A stretch of 64,000 nt of DNA from the human T2T-CHM13v2.0 reference genome, Homo sapiens: NCBI RefSeq assembly GCF_009914755.1, contig NC_060939.1. The stretch is one strand, 5' to 3'. The stretch's first letter is position 1; every line of letters begins with the position of its first letter. The notes beneath the pieces are model-generated. The model saw only the letters and a list, made by a program, of their open reading frames with translations. It was not told where the DNA came from and made no database searches. Below are positions 1-14,000 of this stretch, piece by piece. A program made the position numbers and the translations under genes.

Positions 1-5
1 CATTC

Positions 6-1045
6 GAATCAATTACATAGCAATCCATTACATTCGAGTCTATTCTATTCCGTTCCATTCGATTTCGTTCCAATCCATTCGATTCCATTCCATTTGATTC
101 CATTCCATACTATTGCATTCCATTCTATTACATTATATTCGAATAAGTTCCATTCAAGACCATTTCTTTTGAGTCCATTCTATTTGAGTCCATTCCCTTT
201 GATTCCATAACATTTGAGTCCATTCAATTCCATTCCTTTCGTTTCCATTCCATTTGATGCCATTCCATTCAATTCTGTTCTACTCGACTCCAATACATTC
301 AATTCCATTCCATCCGATTCCATTACATTCTTTTCATTTCTTATCCATTTCAAGCCATTCCACTCCATTCCATTCCACTCGTTTCCTTTCCATTCGAGTC
401 CATTCCTCTCCAGTCCATTCCGTTCAATCCATTCCATTCCAGTCCATTCCATTCGAGTCCGTTCCATTCCAGTCCATTCCATTCGAGTCAATTCCATTCC
501 ATTCGATGTCTTTCCATAACGATCCATTCCATTCTATTCCTTTCGATTCCATTCCATTCTATTTCATTCCATTCGATTCCCTTCCATTGGACTCCTTTCC
601 ATTCGAGTGCATTCCATTCCGTTCCATTTCTTTCTGTTCTGTACGATTCCTACCGTTCGATTTCATTTTGTTCCAGTCCATTCCTTTCGCGTCCATTCCA
701 TTCCATTTCACTCCATTCGATTCCATTCCACTCGATTCCACTTCGTTCCATTTCATTGCATTCCATTCTATTTAACTCTATTGCCTTCCATTCCATTCCA
801 TTCGATTACATTCCATGCGATTCCATTCGAAATCGAATCAATTACATTGCAATCCATTACTATTGAGTCCGTTTTATTCCAGTCCACTGCATTCTGGTCT
901 ATTCCATTTGATTCCATTCCATTCTATTCCATTCCATACAGTTGCATTCCATTGGATTCCATTCTATATCTATAAATTCAATTCGAGACCATTGCTTTTG
1001 AGTCCCTTCTATATGATTCCATTCCATTCAAGTCCATTACATTTG
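6..1045 (+). repeat. Two diverged, colinear ~210 bp homology blocks within every unit (6-~215 and 835-~1045)
   Basis: gaatcaattacatagcaatccattac (6) aligns with gaatcaattacattgcaatccattac (835); ccatactattgcattcc (105) with ccatacagttgcattcc (934); aagaccatttcttttgagtcc (156) with gagaccattgcttttgagtcc (985). The offset is a constant 829 bp. Confidence 0.85.
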
Positions 1046-1579
1046 GTTCAATTCCATTCCATTCCATTCCCTTCCATTCCATTCCAATTGATATCAGTCC
1101 ATTCGATTCCATTCCATTCGAGCACATTCCATTCGAGTCCATTCCATTCGATGCCATTCCATTTGATTCTATTCCATTAGTCTCCATTCAATTCCATTAA
1201 TCTCCATTCCATTCCATTCTACTCCAACTGATTCCATTCCATTCTATTCCTTTCCATTCCATTTCATACCATTCCATTCCATTTCATTCCATTCCATTCC
1301 ATTCGTGTCCTTTCCACTCCAGTCCATTCCATTCGTGTCCATTCCATTCCAGTCCATTACATTTGTGTCCACTGCATTCCATTCCACTCCATTCCATATT
1401 ATTCCATTACACTCCATTCCATTCTATTACTTTCATTTCCATTCAATTCCATTCCATTTGATTCCATTCCACTTGGTTTCATTCCATTTGAGTCCACTCC
1501 ATTCCATTTCATTCCATTCCATTCAGTTCCATTCCATTCTGTTCCAATCCATTCCATTCCATTGCATTCCATTCCATTC

Positions 1580-1585
1580 GGTACC
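1580..1585. other. KpnI site GGTACC, once per unit (family-diagnostic landmark)
   Basis: cattcGGTACCattccatattgttcc at 1580, 3404, 5208, 7012, 8816, 10620 and onward to 62771. It is intact in 31 of 35 units and mutated at ~17826 (gatacc), ~26840 and ~34053 (ggttcc) and ~43089 (agtacc). Confidence 0.93.
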
Positions 1586-3792
1586 ATTCCATATTGTTCC
1601 ATTCGATTCCATTCGAATCCATTCCATTCCAGTCCATTCCATTCGATTCCATTCCATTCCTTTACATTCCTTTCCATTCCATTCCATTCCACTTGATTCC
1701 ACTCCATTCCCTTCCACTGCATTCCATTCGATTCCATTCCATTGCATTGCATTCCATTCCATTGGACTGCATTCCATTCGATTCCATTCCTTTCGAATCA
1801 ATTACATAGCAATCCATTACATTCGAGTCTATTCTATTCCGTTCCATTCGATTTCGTTCCAATCCATTCGATTCCATTCCATTCGATTCCATTCCATACT
1901 ATTGCATTCCATTCTATTACATTATATTCGAATAAGTTCCATTCAAGACCATTTCTTTTGAGTCCATTCTATTTGAGTCCATTCCCTTTGATTCCATAAC
2001 ATTTGAGTCCATTCAATTCCATTCCTTTCGTTTCCATTCCATTTGATGCCATTCCATTCAATTCTGTTCTACTCGTCTCCAATACATTCAATTCCATTCC
2101 ATCCGATTCCATTACATTCTTTTCATTTCTTATCCATTTCAAGCCATTCCACTCCATTCCATTCCACTCGTTTCCTTTCCATTCGAGTCCATTCCTCTCC
2201 AGTCCATTCCGTTCAATCCATTCCATTCCAGTCCATTCCATTCGAGTCCGTTCCATTCCAGTCCATTCCATTCGAGTCAATTCCATTCCATTCGATGTCT
2301 TTCCATAATGATCCATTCCATTCTATTCCTTTCGATTCCATTCCATTCTATTTCATTCCATTCGATTCCCTTCCATTGGACTCCTTTCCATTCGAGTGCA
2401 TTCCATTCCGTTCCATTTCTTTCCGTTCTGTACGATTCCTACCGTTCGATTTCATTTTGTTCCAGTCATTTCCTTTCGCGTCCATTCCATTCCTTTTCAC
2501 TCCATTCGATTCCATTCCACTCGATTCCACTTCGTTCCATTTCATTGCATTCCATTCTATTCAACTCTATTGCCTTCCATTCCATTCCGTTCGATTACAT
2601 TCCATGCGATTCCATTCGAAATCGAATCAATTACATTGCAATCCATTACTATTGAGTCCGTTTTATTCCAGTCCACTGCATTCTGGTCCATTCCATTTGA
2701 TTCCATTCCATTCTATTCCATTCCATACAGTTGCATTCCATTGGATTCCATGCTATATCTATAAATTAAATTCGAGACCATTGCTTTTGAGTCCATTCTA
2801 TATGATTCCATTCCATTCAAGTCCATTACATTTGGTTAAATTCCATTCCATTCCGTTCAATTCCATTCCATTCCATTCCCTTCCATTCCATTCCAGTTGA
2901 TATCAATCCATTCGATTCCATTCCATTCGAGCACATTCCATTCGAGTCCATTCCATTCGATGCCTTTCCATTTGATTCTATTCCATTAGTCTCCATTCAA
3001 TTCCATTAATCTCCATTCCATTCCATTCTACTCCAACTGATTCCATTCCATTCTATTCCTTTCCATTCCATTTCATTCCATTCCATTCCATTTCATTCCA
3101 TTCCATTCCATTCGCTTCCATTCCATTCGTGTCCATTCCACTCCAGTCCATTCCATTCATGTCCATTCCATTCCAGTCCATTCCATTTGTGTCCACTGCA
3201 TTCCATTCCACTCCATTCCATATTATTCCATTACACTCCATTCCATTCTATTACTTTCATTTCCATTCAATTCCATTCCATTTGATTCCATTCCACTCGG
3301 TTTCATTCCATTTGAGTCCACTCCATTCCATTCCATTCCATTCCATTCAGTTCCATTCCATTCTGTTCCAATCCATTCCATTCCATTGCATTCCATTCCA
3401 TTCGGTACCATTCCATATTGTTCCATTCGATTCCATTCGAATCCATTCCATTCCAGTCCATTCCATTCGATTCCATTCCATTCCTTTACATTCCATTCCA
3501 TTCCATTCCATTCCACTTGATTCCACTCCATTCCCTTCCACTGCATTCCATTCGATTCCATTCCATTGCATTGCATTCCATTCCATTGGACAGCATTCCA
3601 TTCGATTCCATTCCTTTCGAATCAATTACATAGCAATCCATTACATTCGAGTCTATTCTATTCCGTTCCATTCGATTTCGTTCCAATCCATTCGATTCCA
3701 TTCCATTCGATTCCATTCCATACTATTGCATTCCATTCTATTACATTATATTCGAATAAGTTCCATTCAAGACCATTTCTTTTGAGTCCATT

Positions 3793-5596
3793 CTATTTGA
3801 GTCCATTCCCTTTGATTCCATAACATTTGAGTCCATTCAATTCCATTCCTTTCGTTTCCATTCCATTTGATGCCATTCCATTCAATTCTCTTCTACTCGA
3901 CTCCAATACATTCAATTCCATTCCATCCGATTCCATTACATTCTTTTCATTTCTTATCCATTTCAAGCCATTCCACTCCATTCCATTCCACTCGTTTCCT
4001 TTCCATTCGAGTCCATTCCTCTCCAGTCCATTCCGTTCAATCCATTCCATTCCAGTCCATTCCATTCGAGTCCGTTCCATTCCAGTCCATTCCATTCGAG
4101 TCAATTCCATCCCATTCGATGTCTTTCCATAACGATCCATTCCATTCTATTCCTTTCGATTCCATTCAATTCTATTTCATTCCATTCGATTCCCTTCCAT
4201 TGGACTCCTTTCCATTCGAGTGCATTCCATTCCGTTCCATTTCTTTCCGTTCTGTACGATTCCTACCGTTCGATTTCATTTTGTTCCAGTCCATTCCTTT
4301 CGCGTCCATTCCATTCCATTTCACTCCATTCGATTCCATTCCACTCGATTCCACTTCGTTCCATTTCATTGCATTCCATTCTATTCAACTCCATTGCCTT
4401 CCTTTCCATTCCATTCGATTACATTCCATGCGATTCCATTCGAAATCGAATCAATTACATTGCAATCCATTACTATTGAGTCCGTTTTATTCCAGTCCAC
4501 TGCATTCTGGTCCATTCCATTTGATTCCATTCCATTCTATTCCATTCCATACAGTTGCATTCCATTGGATTCCATTCTATATCTATAAATTCAATTCGAG
4601 ATCATTGCTTTGGAGTCCATTCTATATGACTCCATTCCATTCAAGTCCATTACATTTGGTTCAATTCCATTCCATTCCATTCCCTTCCATTCCATTCCAG
4701 TTGATATCAATCCATTCGATTCCATTCCATTCGAGCACATTCCATTCGAGTCCATTCCATTTGATGCCTTTCCATTTGATTCTATTCCATTAGTCTCCAT
4801 TCAATTCCATTAATCTCCATTCCATTCCATTCTACTCCAACTGATTCCATTCCATTCTATTCCTTTCCATTCCATTTCATTCCATTCCATTCCATTTCAT
4901 TCCATTCCATTCCATTCGCTTCCATTCCATTCGTGTCCATTCCACTCCAGTCCATTCCATTCATGTCCATTCCATTCCAGTCCATTCCATTTGTGTCCAC
5001 TGCATTCCATTCCACTCCATTCCATATTATTCCATTACACTCCATTCCATTCTATTACTTTCATTTCCATTCAATTCCATTCCATTTGATTCCATTCCAC
5101 TCGGTTTCATTCCATTTGAGTCCACTCCATTCCATTCCATTCCATTCCATTCAGTTCCATTCCATTCTGTTCCAATCCATTCCATTCCATTGCATTCCAT
5201 TCCATTCGGTACCATTCCATATTGTTCCATTCGATTCCATTCGAATCCATTCCATTCCAGTCCATTCCATTCGATTCCATTCCATTCCTTTACATTCCAT
5301 TCCATTCCATTCCATTCCACTTGATTCCACTCCATTCCCTTCCACTGCATTCCATTCGATTCCATTCCATTGCATTGCATTCCATTCCATTGGACAGCAT
5401 TCCATTCGATTCCATTCCTTTCGAATCAATTACATAGCAATCCATTACATTCAAGTCTATTCTCTTCCGTTCCATTCGATTTCGTTCCAATCCATTCGAT
5501 TCCATTCCATTCGATTCCATTCCATACTATTGCATTCCATTCGATTACATTATATTCGAATAAGTTCCATTCAAGACCATTTCTTTTGAGTCCATT
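3793..5596 (+). repeat. Representative 1804 bp repeat unit (35 complete units plus partial ends in the window)
   Basis: The same landmark (c-tatttgagtccattccctttgattccataac, left end of the recurrent minus-strand ORF) occurs at 180, 1969, 3793, 5597, 7401, 9205, 11009, 12803, 14607, 16411, 18215, 20019, 21823, 23612, 25426, 27234, 29038, 30827, 32639, 34447, 36261, 38054, 39922, 41696, 43483, 45276, 47080, 48859, 50663, 52442, 54231, 56090, 57848, 59597, 61356 and 63160. Spacings are 1749-1868 bp, 13 of 35 are exactly 1804, and the mean is about 1799. Confidence 0.97.
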
Positions 5597-8500
5597 CTAT
5601 TTGAGTCCATTCCCTTTGATTCCATAACATTTGAGTCCATTCAATTCCATTCCTTTCGTTTCCATTCCATTTGATGCCATTCCATTCAATTCTGTTCTAC
5701 TCGACTCCAATACATTCAATTCCATTCCATCCGATTCCATTACATTCTTTTCATTTCTTATCCATTTCAAGCCATTCCACTCCATTCCATTCCACTCGTT
5801 TCCTTTCCATTCGAGTCCATTCCTCTCCAGTCCATTCCGTTCAATCCATTCCATTCCAGTCCATTCCATTCGAGTCCGTTCCATTCCAGTCCATTCCATT
5901 CGAGTCAATTCCATCCCATTCGATGTCTTTCCATAACGATCCATTCCATTCTATTCCTTTCGATTCCATTCCATTCTATTTCATTCCATTCGATTCCCTT
6001 CCATTGGACTCCTTTCCATTCGAGTGCATTCCATTCCGTTCCATTTCTTTCCGTTCTGTACGATTCCTACCGTTCGATTTCATTTTGTTCCAGTCCATTC
6101 CTTTCGCGTCCATTCCATTCCATTTCACTCCATTCGATTCCATTCCACTCGATTCCACTTCGTTCCATTTCATTGCATTCCATTCTATTCAACTCCATTG
6201 CCTTCCTTTCCATTCCATTCGATTACATTCCATGCGATTCCATTCGAAATCGAATCAATTACATTGCAATCCATTACTATTGAGTCCGTTTTATTCCAGT
6301 CCACTGCATTCTGGTCCATTCCATTTGATTCCATTCCATTCTATTCCATTCCATACAGTTGCATTCCATTGGATTCCATTCTATATCTATAAATTCAATT
6401 CGAGCTCATTGCTTTGGAGTCCATTCTATATGATTCCATTCCATTGAAGTCCATTACATTTGGTTCAATTCCATTCCATTCCATTCCCTTCCATTCCATT
6501 CCAGTTGATATCAATCCATTCGATTCCATTCCATTCGAGCACATTCCATTCGAGTCCATTCCATTCGATGCCTTTCCATTTGATTCTATTCCATTAGTCT
6601 CCATTCAATTCCATTAATCTCCATTCCATTCCATTCTACTCCAACTGATTCCATTCCATTCTATTCCTTTCCATTCCATTTCATTCCATTCCATTCCATT
6701 TCATTCCATTCCATTCCATTCGCTTCCATTCCATTCGTGTCCATTCCACTCCAGTCCATTCCATTCATGTCCATTCCATTCCAGTCCATTCCATTTGTGT
6801 CCACTGCATTCCATTCCACTCCATTCCATATTATTCCATTACACTCCATTCCATTCTATTACTTTCATTTCCATTCAATTCCATTCCATTTGATTCCATT
6901 CCACTCGGTTTCATTCCATTTGAGTCCACTCCATTCCATTCCATTCCATTCCATTCAGTTCCATTCCATTCTGTTCCAATCCATTCCATTCCATTGCATT
7001 CCATTCCATTCGGTACCATTCCATATTGTTCCATTCGATTCCATTCGAATCCATTCCATTCCAGTCCATTCCATTCGATTCCATTCCATTCCTTTACATT
7101 CCATTGCATTCCATTCCATTCCACTTGATTCCACTCCATTCCCTTCCACTGCATTCCATTCGATTCCATTCCATTGCATTGCATTCCATTCCATTGGACA
7201 GCATTCCATTCGATTCCATTCCTTTCGAATCAATTACATAGCAATCCATTACATTCGAGTCTATTCTATTCCGTTCCATTCGATTTCGTTCCAATCCATT
7301 CGATTCCATTCCATTCGATTCCATTCCATACTATTGCATTCCATTCTATTACATTATATTCGAATAAGTTCCATTCAAGACCATTTCTTTTGAGTCCATT
7401 CTATTTGAGTCCATTCCCTTTGATTCCATAACATTTGAGTCCATTCAATTCCATTCCTTTCGTTTCCATTCCATTTGATGCCATTCCATTCAATTCTCTT
7501 CTACTCGACTCCAATACATTCAATTCCATTCCATCCGATTCCATTACATTCTTTTCATTTCTTATCCATTTCAAGCCATTCCACTCCATTCCATTCCACT
7601 CGTTTCCTTTCCATTCGAGTCCATTCCTCTCCAGTCCATTCCGTTCAATCCATTCCATTCCAGTCCATTCCATTCGAGTCCGTTCCATTCCAGTCCATTC
7701 CATTCGAGTCAATTCCATCCCATTCGATGTCTTTCCATAACGATCCATTCCATTCTATTCCTTTCGATTCCATTCAATTCTATTTCATTCCATTCGATTC
7801 CCTTCCATTGGACTCCTTTCCATTCGAGTGCATTCCATTCCGTTCCATTTCTTTCCGTTCTGTACGATTCCTACCGTTCGATTTCATTTTGTTCCAGTCC
7901 ATTCCTTTCGCGTCCATTCCATTCCATTTCACTCCATTCGATTCCATTCCACTCGATTCCACTTCGTTCCATTTCATTGCATTCCATTCTATTCAACTCC
8001 ATTGCCTTCCTTTCCATTCCATTCGATTACATTCCATGCGATTCCATTCGAAATCGAATCAATTACATTGCAATCCATTACTATTGAGTCCGTTTTATTC
8101 CAGTCCACTGCATTCTGGTCCATTCCATTTGATTCCATTCCATTCTATTCCATTCCATACAGTTGCATTCCATTGGATTCCATTCTATATCTATAAATTC
8201 AATTCGAGATCATTGCTTTGGAGTCCATTCTATATGACTCCATTCCATTCAAGTCCATTACATTTGGTTCAATTCCATTCCATTCCATTCCCTTCCATTC
8301 CATTCCAGTTGATATCAATCCATTCGATTCCATTCCATTCGAGCACATTCCATTCGAGTCCATTCCATTTGATGCCTTTCCATTTGATTCTATTCCATTA
8401 GTCTCCATTCAATTCCATTAATCTCCATTCCATTCCATTCTACTCCAACTGATTCCATTCCATTCTATTCCTTTCCATTCCATTTCATTCCATTCCATTC

Positions 8501-11008
8501 CATTTCATTCCATTCCATTCCATTCGCTTCCATTCCATTCGTGTCCATTCCACTCCAGTCCATTCCATTCATGTCCATTCCATTCCAGTCCATTCCATTT
8601 GTGTCCACTGCATTCCATTCCACTCCATTCCATATTATTCCATTACACTCCATTCCATTCTATTACTTTCATTTCCATTCAATTCCATTCCATTTGATTC
8701 CATTCCACTCGGTTTCATTCCATTTGAGTCCACTCCATTCCATTCCATTCCATTCCATTCAGTTCCATTCCATTCTGTTCCAATCCATTCCATTCCATTG
8801 CATTCCATTCCATTCGGTACCATTCCATATTGTTCCATTCGATTCCATTCGAATCCATTCCATTCCAGTCCATTCCATTCGATTCCATTCCATTCCTTTA
8901 CATTCCATTCCATTCCATTCCATTCCACTTGATTCCACTCCATTCCCTTCCACTGCATTCCATTCGATTCCATTCCATTGCATTGCATTCCATTCCATTG
9001 GACAGCATTCCATTCGATTCCATTCCTTTCGAATCAATTACATAGCAATCCATTACATTCGAGTCTATTCTCTTCCGTTCCATTCGATTTCGTTCCAATC
9101 CATTCGATTCCATTCCATTCGATTCCATTCCATACTATTGCATTCCATTCGATTACATTATATTCGAATAAGTTCCATTCAAGACCATTTCTTTTGAGTC
9201 CATTCTATTTGAGTCCATTCCCTTTGATTCCATAACATTTGAGTCCATTCAATTCCATTCCTTTCGTTTCCATTCCATTTGATGCCATTCCATTCAATTC
9301 TGTTCTACTCGACTCCAATACATTCAATTCCATTCCATCCGATTCCATTACATTCTTTTCATTTCTTATCCATTTCAAGCCATTCCACTCCATTCCATTC
9401 CACTCGTTTCCTTTCCATTCGAGTCCATTCCTCTCCAGTCCATTCCGTTCAATCCATTCCATTCCAGTCCATTCCATTCGAGTCCGTTCCATTCCAGTCC
9501 ATTCCATTCGAGTCAATTCCATCCCATTCGATGTCTTTCCATAACGATCCATTCCATTCTATTCCTTTCGATTCCATTCCATTCTATTTCATTCCATTCG
9601 ATTCCCTTCCATTGGACTCCTTTCCATTCGAGTGCATTCCATTCCGTTCCATTTCTTTCCGTTCTGTACGATTCCTACCGTTCGATTTCATTTTGTTCCA
9701 GTCCATTCCTTTCGCGTCCATTCCATTCCATTTCACTCCATTCGATTCCATTCCACTCGATTCCACTTCGTTCCATTTCATTGCATTCCATTCTATTCAA
9801 CTCCATTGCCTTCCTTTCCATTCCATTCGATTACATTCCATGCGATTCCATTCGAAATCGAATCAATTACATTGCAATCCATTACTATTGAGTCCGTTTT
9901 ATTCCAGTCCACTGCATTCTGGTCCATTCCATTTGATTCCATTCCATTCTATTCCATTCCATACAGTTGCATTCCATTGGATTCCATTCTATATCTATAA
10001 ATTCAATTCGAGCTCATTGCTTTGGAGTCCATTCTATATGATTCCATTCCATTGAAGTCCATTACATTTGGTTCAATTCCATTCCATTCCATTCCCTTCC
10101 ATTCCATTCCAGTTGATATCAATCCATTCGATTCCATTCCATTCGAGCACATTCCATTCGAGTCCATTCCATTCGATGCCTTTCCATTTGATTCTATTCC
10201 ATTAGTCTCCATTCAATTCCATTAATCTCCATTCCATTCCATTCTACTCCAACTGATTCCATTCCATTCTATTCCTTTCCATTCCATTTCATTCCATTCC
10301 ATTCCATTTCATTCCATTCCATTCCATTCGCTTCCATTCCATTCGTGTCCATTCCACTCCAGTCCATTCCATTCATGTCCATTCCATTCCAGTCCATTCC
10401 ATTTGTGTCCACTGCATTCCATTCCACTCCATTCCATATTATTCCATTACACTCCATTCCATTCTATTACTTTCATTTCCATTCAATTCCATTCCATTTG
10501 ATTCCATTCCACTCGGTTTCATTCCATTTGAGTCCACTCCATTCCATTCCATTCCATTCCATTCAGTTCCATTCCATTCTGTTCCAATCCATTCCATTCC
10601 ATTGCACTCCATTCCATTCGGTACCATTCCATATTGTTCCATTCGATTCCATTCGAATCCATTCCATTCCAGTCCATTCCATTCGATTCCATTCCATTCC
10701 TTTACATTCCATTCCATTCCATTCCATTCCACTTGATTCCACTCCATTCCCTTCCACTGCATTCCATTCGATTCCATTCCATTGCATTGCATTCCATTCC
10801 ATTGGACAGCATTCCATTCGATTCCATTCCTTTCGAATCAATTACATAGCAATCCATTACATTCGAGTCTATTCTATTCCGTTCCATTCGATTTCGTTCC
10901 AATCCATTCGATTCCATTCCATTCGATTCCATTCCATACTATTGCATTCCATTCTATTACATTATATTCGAATAAGTTCCATTCAAGACCATTTCTTTTG
11001 AGTCCATT
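3793..11008 (+). repeat. Tandem duplication of a 3608 bp dimer (approximate boundaries)
   Basis: Variants recur at +3608: cattcaattctatttc (~4163/~7771), gagatc (4598/8206), tttgatgccttt (~4760/~8368), tctgttctac (~5691/~9299), gagctc (6402/10010). Confidence 0.8.
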
Positions 11009-14000
11009 CTATTTGAGTCCATTCCCTTTGATTCCATAACATTTGAGTCCATTCAATTCCATTCCTTTCGTTTCCATTCCATTTGATGCCATTCCATTCA
11101 ATTCTCTTCTACTCGACTCCAATACATTCAATTCCATTCCATCCGATTCCATTACATTCTTTTCATTTCTTATCCATTTCAAGCCATTCCACTCCATTCC
11201 ATTCCACTCGTTTCCTTTCCATTCGAGTCCATTCCTCTCCAGTCCATTCCGTTCAATCCATTCCATTCCAGTCCATTCCATTCGAGTCCGTTCCATTCCA
11301 GTCCATTCCATTCGAGTCAATTCCATCCCATTCGATGTCTTTCCATAACGATCCATTCCATTCTATTCCTTTCGATTCCATTCCATTCTATTTCATTCCA
11401 TTCGATTCCCTTCCATTGGACTCCTTTCCATTCGAGTGCATTCCATTCCGTTCCATTTCTTTCCGTTCTGTACGATTCCTACCGTTCGATTTCATTTTGT
11501 TCCAGTCCATTCCTTTCGCGTCCATTCCATTCCATTTCACTCCATTCGATTCCATTCCACTCGATTCCACTTCGTTCCATTTCATTGCATTCCATTCTAT
11601 TCAACTCCATTGCCTTCCTTTCCATTCCATTCGATTACATTCCATGCGATTCCATTCGAAATCGAATCAATTACATTGCAATCCATTACTATTGAGTCCG
11701 TTTTATTCCAGTCCACTGCATTCTGGTCCATTCCATTTGATTCCATTCCATTCTATTCCATTCCATACAGTTGCATTCCATTGGATTCCATTCTATATCT
11801 ATAAATTCAATTCGAGCTCATTGCTTTGGAGTCCATTCTATATGATTCCATTCCATTGAAGTCCATTACATTTGGTTCAATTCCATTCCATTCCATTCCC
11901 TTCCATTCCATTCCAGTTGATATCAATCCATTCGATTCCATTCCATTCGAGCACATTCCATTCGAGTCCATTCCATTCGATGCCTTTCCATTTGATTCTA
12001 TTCCATTAGTCTCCATTCAATTCCATTAATCTCCATTCCATTCCATTCTACTCCAACTGATTCCATTCCATTCTATTCCTTTCCATTCCATTTCATTCCA
12101 TTCCATTCCATTTCATTCCATTCCATTCCATTCGCTTCCATTCCATTCGTGTCCATTCCACTCCAGTCCATTCCATTCATGTCCATTCCATTCCAGTCCA
12201 TTCCATTTGTGTCCACTGCATTCCATTCCACTCCATTCCATATTATTCCATTACACTCCATTCCATTCTATTACTTTCATTTCCATTCAATTCCATTCCA
12301 TTTGATTCCATTCCACTCGGTTTCATTCCATTTGAGTCCACTCCATTCCATTCCATTCAGTTCCATTCCATTCTGTTCCAATCCATTCCATTCCATTGCA
12401 TTCCATTCCATTCGGTACCATTCCATATTGTTCCATTCGATTCCATTCGAATCCATTCCATTCCAGTCCATTCCATTCGATTCCATTCCATTCCTTTACA
12501 TTCCATTCCATTCCATTCCATTCCACTTGATTCCACTCCATTCCCTTCCACTGCATTCCATTCGATTCCATTCCATTGCATTGCATTCCATTCCATTGGA
12601 CAGCATTCCATTCGATTCCATTCCTTTCGAATCAATTACATAGCAATCCATTACATTCGAGTCTATTCTATTCCGTTCCATTCGATTTCGTTCCAATCCA
12701 TTCGATTCCATTCCATTCGATTCCATTCCATACTATTGCATTCCATTCTATTACATTATATTCGAATAAGTTCCATTCAAGACCATTTCTTTTGAGTCCA
12801 TTCTATTTGAGTCCATTCCCTTTGATTCCATAACATTTGAGTCCATTCAATTCCATTCCTTTCGTTTCCATTCCATTTGATGCCATTCCATTCAATTCTC
12901 TTCTACTCGACTCCAATACATTCAATTCCATTCCATCCGATTCCATTACATTCTTTTCATTTCTTATCCATTTCAAGCCATTCCACTCCATTCCATTCCA
13001 CTCGTTTCCTTTCCATTCGAGTCCATTCCTCTCCAGTCCATTCCGTTCAATCCATTCCATTCCAGTCCATTCCATTCGAGTCCGTTCCATTCCAGTCCAT
13101 TCCATTCGAGTCAATTCCATCCCATTCGATGTCTTTCCATAACGATCCATTCCATTCTATTCCTTTCGATTCCATTCCATTCTATTTCATTCCATTCGAT
13201 TCCCTTCCATTGGACTCCTTTCCATTCGAGTGCATTCCATTCCGTTCCATTTCTTTCCGTTCTGTACGATTCCTACCGTTCGATTTCATTTTGTTCCAGT
13301 CCATTCCTTTCGCGTCCATTCCATTCCATTTCACTCCATTCGATTCCATTCCACTCGATTCCACTTCGTTCCATTTCATTGCATTCCATTCTATTCAACT
13401 CCATTGCCTTCCTTTCCATTCCATTCGATTACATTCCATGCGATTCCATTCGAAATCGAATCAATTACATTGCAATCCATTACTATTGAGTCCGTTTTAT
13501 TCCAGTCCACTGCATTCTGGTCCATTCCATTTGATTCCATTCCATTCTATTCCATTCCATACAGTTGCATTCCATTGGATTCCATTCTATATCTATAAAT
13601 TCAATTCGAGCTCATTGCTTTGGAGTCCATTCTATATGATTCCATTCCATTGAAGTCCATTACATTTGGTTCAATTCCATTCCATTCCATTCCCTTCCAT
13701 TCCATTCCAGTTGATATCAATCCATTCGATTCCATTCCATTCGAGCACATTCCATTCGAGTCCATTCCATTCGATGCCTTTCCATTTGATTCTATTCCAT
13801 TAGTCTCCATTCAATTCCATTAATCTCCATTCCATTCCATTCTACTCCAACTGATTCCATTCCATTCTATTCCTTTCCATTCCATTTCATTCCATTCCAT
13901 TCCATTTCATTCCATTCCATTCCATTCGCTTCCATTCCATTCGTGTCCATTCCACTCCAGTCCATTCCATTCATGTCCATTCCATTCCAGTCCATTCCAT

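Noticed and set aside
824-845. Possible canonical heat-shock element or DUX4 site around cattcgaaatcgaatcaatt
   Set aside because: The spacing does not give three alternating nGAAn units, and the 11-mer aaatcgaatca lacks the TAA start of the DUX4 consensus.
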